A stretch of 38,941 bases of DNA. It comes from Nocardioides sp. GTDB taxonomy: Bacteria; Actinomycetota; Actinomycetes; Propionibacteriales; Nocardioidaceae. Below are positions 1 through 8,526 of this stretch, piece by piece; position 1 is the first letter of the stretch, and every line of letters begins with the position of its first letter. The notes below the pieces were generated by a model. That model saw only the letters and a list, made by a program, of their open reading frames with translations, did not search any database and was not told where the DNA came from. Location: positions 1 through 38,941 of the forward strand of contig JBFIDC010000001.1 in NCBI GenBank assembly GCA_041581495.1, written 5' to 3'. The position numbers and the translations under genes are program-made.

Positions 1-620
1 CCCATCTCGGTCACCAGGTCGCGCTGCAGATCGGCGTAGTGCACAAGCACGACGTTGCGCTCCTCGCGTCGCTGCCAGCCCGTCGAGAGGTGGTGCAACA
101 CGTGGGCGACGTGTGTGTTGACGTGGCAGTTCCCGGCGGGGAGGGTCAGCGACTCGGCGAAGTCTGCCGGTGAGGCGTGGGCGGCCAGTCGACGCTCGAC
201 TTCAGCCTGCGGCACCGCATCCAGCAGCGCCTTGGAGTGTGCGTCTGGGTCGAGGTTGGCCATGTGGGGAGCCATCGACAAGAACACGTCACGGGGATCG
301 CGCCCGACCACCACGTAGGTCACTCGATCATCGAGTGGGAGGCCGTCGAGCGGCACATGGGTCTTGATGAAGCGACGATGCTGCTGCGCCGCGAGTTGGT
401 CGAAGATCTCGGCCGCGGGGGGCAACTCGAACTCCAGCCAGGGAGAGATCACGCTCATCGGGCTCGGGAAGTCGGGGCCGTCGAAGACGAGCAGGCCCAC
501 CAGCATCTGAGTCCAGGTGGTGCCCGACTTGGAGGGCGTGGAGATCACGATGTCGCCGTCGCGGTGCTCGAACTCGCGCCAGCGCCGTGAATCGCCGGCG
601 ATCGAAAGGTAGTCGCGCAT
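1..620 (-). CDS. Sulfotransferase (Sulfotransfer_1 family), 3' end runs off the window edge
   Basis: Not in the ORF track. Manual reverse-strand translation from ATG at 620 gives MRDYLSIAGDSRRWREFEHRDGDIVISTPSKSGTTWTQM...RRFIKTH...RDPRDVFLS, which contains the 5'-PSB (KSGTTW) and 3'-PB (RDPRD..S) PAPS-binding motifs. GGAAGGA RBS lies just upstream; an in-frame upstream ATG near 695 is also possible. Confidence 0.85.
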   Translation of the reverse strand, partial: MRDYLSIAGDSRRWREFEHRDGDIVISTPSKSGTTWTQMLVGLLVFDGPDFPSPMSVISPWLEFELPPAAEIFDQLAAQQHRRFIKTHVPLDGLPLDDRVTYVVVGRDPRDVFLSMAPHMANLDPDAHSKALLDAVPQAEVERRLAAHASPADFAESLTLPAGNCHVNTHVAHVLHHLSTGWQRREERNVVLVHYADLQRDLVTEM

Positions 621-677
621 GTGTCCTTCCTGGCGCCCGTCAGAGTCGGTGTGGGTATCGGTGCCGGTCACTGTCTG

Positions 678-722
678 TGTCGCACTACGGGACATCATCG
701 GGCACTCCTGGTTCCCTACCGT
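678..722 (+). promoter_or_regulatory. Activator box TGTCGCA-CTA-CGGGACA (678-694), 22 nt, -10 TACCGT (717-722)
   Basis: Read directly. The ATG at 730 lies 7 nt after the -10, consistent with a leaderless mRNA. Confidence 0.75.
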
Positions 723-729
723 CAGTGCC

Positions 730-1512
730 ATGCAGTCTCGAACGGCTCTTGTCACCGGTGGCGCACAGGGATTGGGTCTCGCGATCGGGGGCCGGCTGGT
801 CAGTGATGGCTTCGATGTCGTCCTAGCCGACGTCGATGGGGAGGCCGTGCTCGAGGCCGCGGATCTCATCGGAGCGACCGGGGTGCGGATGGACGTGACC
901 GACGATGCGGCGGTGGCATCGGTCTTCGCCGAATTGCCAGACGGCCAACTGGACGTGCTGGTCAACAACGCGGGGATCATCAGTCGACAACCAGCATCAG
1001 AGTTCGACTCCGTGCAGTGGGATCGGGAGATGGCAGTCAACCTGGGCGGCGCGATGCGCTGCAGCCGGGCCGCCTTTGAAATGCTGACGGCTTCAGCGAA
1101 TCCTTCGGTTCTCAATCTAGCCTCCGTCGGCTCCACCTTCGGGCTGCCTCAGCGTCTGGGCTACAGCACGACCAAGGCCGGGGTGCTTGGGCTGACCCGC
1201 ACCCTCGCCGCAGAGTGGGGCCCTCATGGCATCAGGGTCAATGCAATCGCTCCGGGGTATGTCGAAACGCAAATGATGCGCTCAGGCTTCGCCACGGGAG
1301 CGCTCGACGAGAGCCGACTGCTCGACCGGACGCCCTTGGGTCGCTTCGGGACCGCTGATGAGATCGCTGCGGCGGCGTCGTTCCTTGCCTCTGCCGATGC
1401 ATCATTTGTCACTGGCATCGTCTTGAAGGTCGATGGCGGGATCACCATCGACGGCAGCTTTCATGCCCGCCCGCATCCGGCGGGATCCCTGTCTCGGACT
1501 GACCCGATCTGA
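730..1512 (+). CDS. Short-chain dehydrogenase/reductase (SDR)
   Basis: [12 protein letters not shown] and YSTTK motifs. Start moved from 619 to the ATG at 730. Confidence 0.9.
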   Translation: MQSRTALVTGGAQGLGLAIGGRLVSDGFDVVLADVDGEAVLEAADLIGATGVRMDVTDDAAVASVFAELPDGQLDVLVNNAGIISRQPASEFDSVQWDREMAVNLGGAMRCSRAAFEMLTASANPSVLNLASVGSTFGLPQRLGYSTTKAGVLGLTRTLAAEWGPHGIRVNAIAPGYVETQMMRSGFATGALDESRLLDRTPLGRFGTADEIAAAASFLASADASFVTGIVLKVDGGITIDGSFHARPHPAGSLSRTDPI

Positions 1513-1544
1513 CACAGGAGCGGGGCTGCCTTCCGACTTAGGTT
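1500..1544 (+). promoter_or_regulatory. Activator box TGACCCG-ATC-TGACACA (1500-1516), 22 nt, -10 TAGGTT (1539-1544)
   Basis: Read directly. It overlaps the SDR stop codon, and an extra half-site TGTCTCG sits at 1490-1496. Confidence 0.7.
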
Positions 1545-1592
1545 CGCGACCATCAGCGGCGGTCCGCGCCGTGGTCAACCGGGAGGTTCCCC

Positions 1593-2456
1593 ATGAAGGT
1601 GGGCATCTACGTCTTCGCAACTGATCTCGACATGGACCCTGGTCCCTTGGCGAAGGAGATAGAGGACCGGGGCTTCGCCAGCATGTTCTTCCCCGAGCAC
1701 AGCCACATCCCGGTCTCTCGAGAAACGGACTATCCCGATTCTTACGGCGGTGGAGTACTACCGGACTTCTACAAGCGGACCTATGACCCGTTCATCTCCT
1801 GCAGCTTTGCCGCAGCGGCGACTACGAGCCTCCAGGTAGGCACCGGGATCGCCCTGCTCGCGCTGCGCGACGCGGTCCACACCGCCAAGATGGCTGCTTC
1901 GATCGACCGCCTCAGCGGAGGCCGCTTTGCGCTCGGTGTTGGGTTCGGCTGGAACCAGGATGAGTTTGAGACACACGGTGTGGAGTGGAAGACGCGGCAC
2001 CGCAAGGTCCGAGAGCAGGTCGAGTTGATGCGGGTGATGTGGACCGAGGACATCGCCTCCTACGACGGGGATCTCCTCCACCTCCAGCCAAGTTGGTGTT
2101 GGCCCAAGCCCGTGCAGAAGCCGGGACCGCCGGTCTACCTGGGTGGCTCTGGTCCGGTCACGATGAAGCACGCCGCCCAATGGGCCGATGTGTGGTACCC
2201 GACGCCACCCATGCAAGACCCGTTCCTGGAGGAGTCGATCCCGCGATTCAAGCAAATGCTGGTCGAGGCCGGCCGCGATCCCGAGTCGGTGCCCGTCGGG
2301 TGCGCACCCGGGGTCTGTGATGCCGCGGGCCTTGAGGCCTACGCCCGCAACGGGGTGTCCCACGTCAACATCGCGCTGGTCGAAGACACCCCAGACCTGA
2401 TGCTGAAGCGACTCGACGAGATGGCCGCGATGCGCGTCGCAGTTTTGGGTGCCTGA
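1593..2456 (+). CDS. LLM-class, probably F420-dependent oxidoreductase (Rv2161c-like)
   Basis: EHSHIP, YDPF, GTGI and LGVGFGWNQDEF motifs; GGGAGG RBS. Confidence 0.85.
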   Translation: MKVGIYVFATDLDMDPGPLAKEIEDRGFASMFFPEHSHIPVSRETDYPDSYGGGVLPDFYKRTYDPFISCSFAAAATTSLQVGTGIALLALRDAVHTAKMAASIDRLSGGRFALGVGFGWNQDEFETHGVEWKTRHRKVREQVELMRVMWTEDIASYDGDLLHLQPSWCWPKPVQKPGPPVYLGGSGPVTMKHAAQWADVWYPTPPMQDPFLEESIPRFKQMLVEAGRDPESVPVGCAPGVCDAAGLEAYARNGVSHVNIALVEDTPDLMLKRLDEMAAMRVAVLGA

Positions 2457-2514
2457 CGGTGACGGGTTGTCGTGACCGAATCGTGTCTTTTGCTTCCTCC
2501 GTCTCAGTGACCCA

Positions 2515-2559
2515 TGTCTCAAAGCGACACAGCCTCAAGGGGGTTCTCATTCCTAGGTT
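2515..2559 (+). promoter_or_regulatory. Activator box TGTCTCA-AAG-CGACACA (2515-2531), 22 nt, -10 TAGGTT (2554-2559)
   Basis: Read directly, upstream of the ABC operon. Extra half-site CGTCTCA at 2500-2506. Confidence 0.7.
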
Positions 2560-2606
2560 TTCGAGCACACCCACAGAACCGATGAGAGCCGAAGGGGGCC
2601 GAGTCC

Positions 2607-3677
2607 ATGACGATGATCGCTGAAACCCCGACCGACCGCTCGGTCGCATTGGGCCGTCGGCCGCTAAGGCTCCCGGGCCAGGGAATCATTCTGGCCAACC
2701 TTGCGCTGGTCCTGATCGGGTTGCTCGTCCTCGACGTACACCTCTTCAGCAGAGCCAGCCTGTCGACTCTGACCCCGACTATCGGCGTGATGATCCTGAT
2801 GGCCCTCGGCCAAGCGTTCATCATCGGCACCGGCGGCATCGACCTGAGCATCCCGTCAACGACCACGCTGGTCGGTGCGATCGTGCTCAAGGAGGCGGGC
2901 GGCGACAACAGCGCCGTGCTCGGCTCGATCGTGCTCGCCTTGCTGGTCTGTCTCGGCATCGGGCTGGCCAACGGTCTGCTGGTGGAGGTCACGCGTCTCG
3001 ACGCGCTGGTGGTGACCCTGGCTACCGGGCAACTGATTGCCGGAATCACCCGCATCTATCGGGGGCCGGTGCTGTCGATCTCAACGGTGCCCTCCGACCT
3101 CTCCGACTTCGCGCGCAGTTCGGTCGGGCACGTCAGCATCATCCTCATCTTGGCCGTGGCGGTCGCGACTCTGATAGCGCTCTGGATGCGCTTCCACACC
3201 TCGGGACGTCGACTCGCGGCCAGCAGCGTGGCTCGACCAGCCGCCGAGAACAGCGGCCTCTCCGCCGCCCGTCAGCGCATCACCGCCTGGATGGTCGGCA
3301 CTCTCATCGTCGGTGTCGGAGCCGTCCTGCTCGCTGGACGCATCTCCACTCCCGACCTCAGTTTGGGTCAGCCGTACCTGCTGACTCCGATCGTCGCCGT
3401 GGTCCTCGGGGGTGCCGCCCTTTCGGGTGGCCGCGTCCGTCCCGCTGCGACCGTGTTCGGCGCGGTCTTCCTCGTCGTGCTCGAGCACATCCTTCGGGTG
3501 CGCGGCTACTCCTCCGGAGTATCGCTCGCCTTCCAGGGCCTCGTCCTCGGGGTCGGGCTCACCCTCGTCGTCGTCTCGAAGCACCTCCGCTGGTCGGTGG
3601 TCTCCGCGCGACGTGGTGGCAACGCCAGTGACCGGTCCACCTCGGACCCGGTCGTGAACCAAGAGAACCAGGAGTAA
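2607..3677 (+). CDS. Sugar (CUT2/RbsC-type) ABC transporter permease
   Basis: Hydrophobic helices; GGIDLS, vTLAT and AVVLGGAALSGG motifs. Confidence 0.9.
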   Translation: MTMIAETPTDRSVALGRRPLRLPGQGIILANLALVLIGLLVLDVHLFSRASLSTLTPTIGVMILMALGQAFIIGTGGIDLSIPSTTTLVGAIVLKEAGGDNSAVLGSIVLALLVCLGIGLANGLLVEVTRLDALVVTLATGQLIAGITRIYRGPVLSISTVPSDLSDFARSSVGHVSIILILAVAVATLIALWMRFHTSGRRLAASSVARPAAENSGLSAARQRITAWMVGTLIVGVGAVLLAGRISTPDLSLGQPYLLTPIVAVVLGGAALSGGRVRPAATVFGAVFLVVLEHILRVRGYSSGVSLAFQGLVLGVGLTLVVVSKHLRWSVVSARRGGNASDRSTSDPVVNQENQE

Positions 3678-3681
3678 AGCA

Positions 3682-4974
3682 ATGGGCAACCTCATGCGCC
3701 GTCAAGGCGGCCTACGACGCGGGAGGAGGTCCGCGCTCGCGGTCGGCTTCACCGCCCTCTTGTTGGGGATCACCGCTTGCGGGTCCGACGACACCACCGG
3801 AAGCGGTGGTGGCGGTGGCGACAACGCCTCCGGCGACAGCATCGTCGACCTCAGCACGATCACCGACGACCAGGCTCAAGAGATGACCGACCGGGCCTTC
3901 GGGACCACCGATGTCAGCCTGGACAGTCTGGATAGCACCGTTCAGGAAGCGCTGCGTCGCGCGTCGATCGAGTTGGACGCCGCGCAGCAGGACAAGGCCT
4001 TCGAGTGCTGGCAGAACACCACCTGCACGATCGGTGATGGCGACATCACGCTCGGCATTGCCGATGGCTTCGGTGGCAACCTCTGGCGCAAGACGGCCAA
4101 GATGGAGATCATCCTGCAGGCGCTGACCTACCCGAGCATCGGCAAGATCATCTTCACCGACGCCAACGCCGACTTGCCGACGTTCCTCTCCAACGTGCGC
4201 AGCCTGTCTTCACAGGGAGCCACCGCGATCGTCAGCTACAACGACTTCGGTGCCGCGGCACTGCCGGCCTTCAAGGCCGCACAGGCGGCGGGCGCGAAGA
4301 TCTCGACGTACGTCGGTCCCACGCCCGATGCACCTGCTGACTCGCTGTCCAACCAGATCACTGGCGACGTGTGTTCGATGGGTGAAGAGATGGGCAAGGT
4401 GGCCACCGACGACCTCGGTCTGACCGGCGACCTGGCAATCCTGAACGGCACTCCCGGCAACCCGCAGGGTGCTGCTTGGAACAAGTGCCTGATCGACACT
4501 CTCCCGGCCGGCACTCAGGTCGCTCAGTCGGTCGACACCGACTGGACCTTGGCCGGCGCATTTGACGCTGGCTCGGCGCTGGTCAGCTCCGGCAAGGACT
4601 TCGGTGCGGTCTTCTATGACTACGCCGACCCGATCCCGCAGGTGGTTGAGGCCTACAGCAAGGGTGGCAAGCAGATCCCTGCCATCGTCACCTGGACCTC
4701 AAACAACGGTATGGCCAAGGTTTGGGAAGAACGACTCGGCACTCCCGATGAGTTCGCGCTTTTCCACACCAACGCTCTGACCTGGGAGAGCCGGGCCTCA
4801 GTCACCGCAGTCATGAGTGAACTGGCAGGCAACACCGTCGAGCCCGTCGTGATCGTGCCCCGCCCCTTCGTCCAGGCAGAGAAGGGCTACTACCTGTCCG
4901 ACCGCCCCGACGACTACCCGGGTCCCAGTGCGCTCATCCCCGATGAGCTCATGACCCGCATGCTCGCCGGCTGA
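3682..4974 (+). CDS. ABC substrate-binding lipoprotein (sugar-binding-like)
   Basis: Basic N-region, hydrophobic stretch and lipobox ITAC, then a Gly/Ser linker. Lies between the permease and the ATPase. Confidence 0.85.
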   Translation: MGNLMRRQGGLRRGRRSALAVGFTALLLGITACGSDDTTGSGGGGGDNASGDSIVDLSTITDDQAQEMTDRAFGTTDVSLDSLDSTVQEALRRASIELDAAQQDKAFECWQNTTCTIGDGDITLGIADGFGGNLWRKTAKMEIILQALTYPSIGKIIFTDANADLPTFLSNVRSLSSQGATAIVSYNDFGAAALPAFKAAQAAGAKISTYVGPTPDAPADSLSNQITGDVCSMGEEMGKVATDDLGLTGDLAILNGTPGNPQGAAWNKCLIDTLPAGTQVAQSVDTDWTLAGAFDAGSALVSSGKDFGAVFYDYADPIPQVVEAYSKGGKQIPAIVTWTSNNGMAKVWEERLGTPDEFALFHTNALTWESRASVTAVMSELAGNTVEPVVIVPRPFVQAEKGYYLSDRPDDYPGPSALIPDELMTRMLAG

Positions 4975-4988
4975 CCGGACGACCACTC

Positions 4989-5028
4989 CCGGTCGGGGGT
5001 GGGGGCAGACGTCCTCACCCCCGACCGG
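4989..5028 (+). terminator. 18-bp GC stem-loop between the binding-protein gene and the ATPase gene
   Basis: CCGGTCGGGGGTGGGGGC-AGAC-GTCCTCACCCCCGACCGG, with two G-U pairs and no U-tract. Confidence 0.65.
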
Positions 5029-5065
5029 CCCCAATTCACTGCTAGCCAGCCTGATGTGACGAGAG

Positions 5066-7663
5066 GTGCCGACCGTGGCCGACCACACCCCCACAGCCGT
5101 GCGCGACCGCGAGACGGTCGGACCCAGCGGCTCCCTGCTCCTCTCGGCGTCCGGTCTCTCCAAGCGGTATGGCGCCGTTCAGGCCCTCGATGATGTGAGT
5201 CTGGACCTGGCCCCTGGCGAGATCCACGCCTTGGTCGGTGAGAACGGATCCGGCAAGTCCACCTTGGTCGGCATCGTCAGCGGAACCGTTGTCAAAGACC
5301 AGGGCCGCCTCACCATCGGCGGCGACATCGTGTCCGCGGCGCGCCCCGCCGTTTCTCAAGGGCATGGCGCCATCACCGTGTTTCAAGACGGGTCGCTCAT
5401 CGATGACCTCACAGTGGCGCAGAACCTCTTCCTCGGGACTGACGGGGTCCATCGACCGAAGTTCTCCAAGATCGCCCACTGGGCAGAGGAGCTGCTCGGT
5501 GCCTACGGCTTCGACATCGACACGACCCTCAAGGCTTCAGCGCTCCCTCCCGGAGATCGCCAACTGGTCGAGATCGTCCGAGCGGTCGCGGCCGAACCCA
5601 GCGTCCTGATCCTCGATGAAGCCACGTCCGCTCTGGACTCCGAGGGCGTGGACATCGTGCTCGAACTCATGCGGCGCGTCGCAGCCAAAGGCAGCGCCGT
5701 TCTCTTCGTCACCCATCGACTCTCCGAAGTGATGCGGGTCGCGCATCGCGTCACGGTCCTTCGCGACGGCCAGTTTCAAGGCACCCACGACGCTGCGCAG
5801 ACCACCCCGCACAAACTCGTCGAACTCATGGCCGGCACCCGGGTCGACCTCGAATTCCCCGAGCGTGGGGACGACGACGGTCAAGCGGTGTTGACCGCCA
5901 GCGGCCTGCACGGCTACGGCTTCGGTCCCGTCGACGCCGAGCTTCGCGGCGGGCAGATCGTGGGCATCGCGGGCGCCGATGGCAACGGTCAGTTGCCCTT
6001 CCTCAAGGGGCTCGCCGGGATCGGTGACAACGGTGGCGCGGTCGAGGTCGGCGGCAAGCGGCTGAAGTCCTATGGCGCCGCGGTCGACGCAGGCGTCGTC
6101 TATCTGAGTTCGGACCGCAAGACTGAGTCTTTGTTCGGCGGACTGACCGTGGGCGACAACATCGGCCTTGGAGTTCTCGACACGCTCTCCATCGGCGGGC
6201 TGATGCGCGTCGGTCGCGAGAAGGCATTCGTCGGTCAGGCCATCGACCAATACGGAATCCGGGTCAACCACCCCGGCCAGTTGCCGACGGAACTCTCCGG
6301 TGGCAACCAGCAGAAGGTGGCGCTGGCGAGAGTGCTGGCGATGAAGCCCAAGATCGTGCTCATCGACGAGCCAACGCAGGGCGTCGACGTGCGGTCCCGC
6401 CTAGATATCTACCGCTTCCTGCGTGCCATCGCCGACAGCGGCAGTGCCGTGGTGGTCGTCAGCTCCGATGCCTCGGAGCTCGCCGGGCTGTGCGACCGCA
6501 TCCTGGTGATGAGCCGCGGCACGGTCACCGCTGAGCTCGTGGGAGCCTCGGCCACCGAGGAGTCGATCGTCGGCGCGTTCGCCGTCGAACACGAACTCGC
6601 CGGTGGAACTGAAGCCCACAGTGCCGAGACAGCAACGGACAGCACTGCGGCCCCGCGCCGGGCGCGCCGCCAGTCCTGGCTTCGTCGCTCGGTCTCGGCT
6701 GACGGCATCCGGCTCGCAGCCCTGGTCGGACTGATGGTGCTTCTGGCGCTGTTCGCTCAATCCAAGAACGACACCTTCCTCACCCAGCCCAGCCTCTATA
6801 ACGTCGCGCTGCTCGCGCTGCCGCTGATCGCGGTGGCGTCGGCCCAATACTTCGTGCTCCTCGTCGGAGGTATCGATGTCTCCGTCGGCGCGGTCATGAC
6901 CTTGTCGCTAATCCTGATGTCCGAGTGGGCCGGGACCGGTGGTGCTGCCAAGGTGCTACTAATCGGCCTACTCGTCTCGCTGCTGCTCGGCGTCACCGTC
7001 GGCGGTGTGAACGCACTGCTGGTGGAGAAGGTCGGCATCTCGCCGGTGATCGCGACGATCGCGACGCTCGGAGTCGTCTCCGGCATCGGCTACATCATGC
7101 GGCCGACCGCGGACGGCCTGATCTCCGCCTCGTTGGCCGAGCAGTTGATGTTCCGCAAGGTTGGCCCGATTCCGATTGCGTTGATCGTCCTGGTGGCCCT
7201 GCTGGTGGTGGCGGATGCCTGGTTCCGGCGCACCGGCTCCGGCCTGCGGCTGCGCGCCGTGGGACTCAACGGGCTGTACGCCACCCGCTTGGGCATTCCC
7301 GCGGCCCGGCTGCGCACCCTCTGCTATGTGCTGTGCGCATCGATCGCTGGTCTCGCGGGTGTCATCCTGGCTGCGCAGGTAGGCATCGGTGACCCGAATG
7401 CCGGCAACTCGTTCACTCTGCTCGCCATCGCCGCACCAGTCCTCGGTGGTGCCGCCCTCTCCGGTGGGCACGGCTCGTTAGTGGGTGCTGCGATCGGCGC
7501 CGGCATCTTGGTGCTCAGTCAAAGTCTCGTCGCCGTCTTGGCCTTGGACAACGGTGCCAGCTTCGTCTTCGCCGGCGTCCTCACCCTCTTTGCCCTGCTC
7601 AGTTCGGGTGAGAGTCTCGCGCGGCTGCGTCGCCTCATGGGCCAGCGGTTCGCGCGTTCCTGA
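5066..7663 (+). CDS. Fused sugar ABC double-domain ATPase (RbsA-like) plus C-terminal permease
   Basis: GENGSGKST, LILDEATS, LSGGNQQK and LIDEPTQGVD, followed by an RbsC-like membrane domain (GGIDVS, APVLGGAALSGG). Confidence 0.9.
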   Translation: MPTVADHTPTAVRDRETVGPSGSLLLSASGLSKRYGAVQALDDVSLDLAPGEIHALVGENGSGKSTLVGIVSGTVVKDQGRLTIGGDIVSAARPAVSQGHGAITVFQDGSLIDDLTVAQNLFLGTDGVHRPKFSKIAHWAEELLGAYGFDIDTTLKASALPPGDRQLVEIVRAVAAEPSVLILDEATSALDSEGVDIVLELMRRVAAKGSAVLFVTHRLSEVMRVAHRVTVLRDGQFQGTHDAAQTTPHKLVELMAGTRVDLEFPERGDDDGQAVLTASGLHGYGFGPVDAELRGGQIVGIAGADGNGQLPFLKGLAGIGDNGGAVEVGGKRLKSYGAAVDAGVVYLSSDRKTESLFGGLTVGDNIGLGVLDTLSIGGLMRVGREKAFVGQAIDQYGIRVNHPGQLPTELSGGNQQKVALARVLAMKPKIVLIDEPTQGVDVRSRLDIYRFLRAIADSGSAVVVVSSDASELAGLCDRILVMSRGTVTAELVGASATEESIVGAFAVEHELAGGTEAHSAETATDSTAAPRRARRQSWLRRSVSADGIRLAALVGLMVLLALFAQSKNDTFLTQPSLYNVALLALPLIAVASAQYFVLLVGGIDVSVGAVMTLSLILMSEWAGTGGAAKVLLIGLLVSLLLGVTVGGVNALLVEKVGISPVIATIATLGVVSGIGYIMRPTADGLISASLAEQLMFRKVGPIPIALIVLVALLVVADAWFRRTGSGLRLRAVGLNGLYATRLGIPAARLRTLCYVLCASIAGLAGVILAAQVGIGDPNAGNSFTLLAIAAPVLGGAALSGGHGSLVGAAIGAGILVLSQSLVAVLALDNGASFVFAGVLTLFALLSSGESLARLRRLMGQRFARS

Positions 7664-7692
7664 TCCCATCCGACGCACGGAAGAAGGACCCC

Positions 7693-8451
7693 ATGGGCAA
7701 ACTCACCGCACGCATGGCCGTGATCACCGGCGCCGCCTCGGGTATCGGACTGGCCTCCGCCCGACGCTTCGCTGCCGAGGGCGCCACGGTGGTGCTCTGG
7801 GACCGCGACGCCGAATCGCTCGCGCTCGCGGTGAAGACTGTGGAGGCCGACGGCGGCTCGGCGTTCGGCGTCGAAGCGGACGTCTCTGATCTGGCGTCGG
7901 TCCAGGCCGCGGCCGGGCGCACGCTTGACCTGGTCGGCAACGTGACGGTGCTGATGAACAACGCGGGCGTGCTCGATGACTACGCCCCGATCCTGGAGAC
8001 CGACGAGGACCTCTGGGGCAGGATCATCGGCATCAATCTGACCGGTGTCTATCGGGTGACCAAGGCCCTGCTGCCCTCGATGCTCGAGGCGGGAGGCGGC
8101 ACCATCGTCAACACCTGCTCTATCGCGGGCCTGGTCGCCGGTGGTGGCGGCACTGCCTACACCGCCTCCAAACACGGCGTCCTGGGCCTGACTCGCCAAC
8201 TCGCCTTCGACTACGGCCAGCAGGGCATCCGGGTCAACTGCATCTGCCCGGGCGCCGTCGAGACCGGGATGACCAAGGCCCTCTTTGAAGCCGGCGACGC
8301 CGACGTCATGGACTCGGTCAACAGCGTCCCCGCGGGCCGCTTCGCCCAACCCGACGAACTCGCCAACCTCGCCCTCTTCCTTGCCAGCGAGGACTCCTCC
8401 TTCTCCCACGGCGCACACTTTGTCGCCGACGGAGGCTGGACGATCCGCTAG
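7693..8451 (+). CDS. SDR oxidoreductase (secondary alcohol/ketone dehydrogenase-like)
   Basis: TGAASGIG, NNAG and YTASK motifs; GAAGGA RBS. Confidence 0.9.
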   Translation: MGKLTARMAVITGAASGIGLASARRFAAEGATVVLWDRDAESLALAVKTVEADGGSAFGVEADVSDLASVQAAAGRTLDLVGNVTVLMNNAGVLDDYAPILETDEDLWGRIIGINLTGVYRVTKALLPSMLEAGGGTIVNTCSIAGLVAGGGGTAYTASKHGVLGLTRQLAFDYGQQGIRVNCICPGAVETGMTKALFEAGDADVMDSVNSVPAGRFAQPDELANLALFLASEDSSFSHGAHFVADGGWTIR

Positions 8452-8457
8452 ACCCGC

Positions 8458-8526
8458 GTGGTCGAGACGCCTGCGGACTTGTCAGCAAGCCTCAAGCGCA
8501 GGCACATCACGATAGATCTCGACCAC
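8458..8526. repeat. Nested inverted repeat at the convergent SDR / DUF222 junction
   Basis: GTGGTCGAGA (8458-8467) pairs with TCTCGACCAC (8517-8526); inner pairs are GCCTGCG/CGCAGGC and CTTG/CAAG. Confidence 0.5.
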
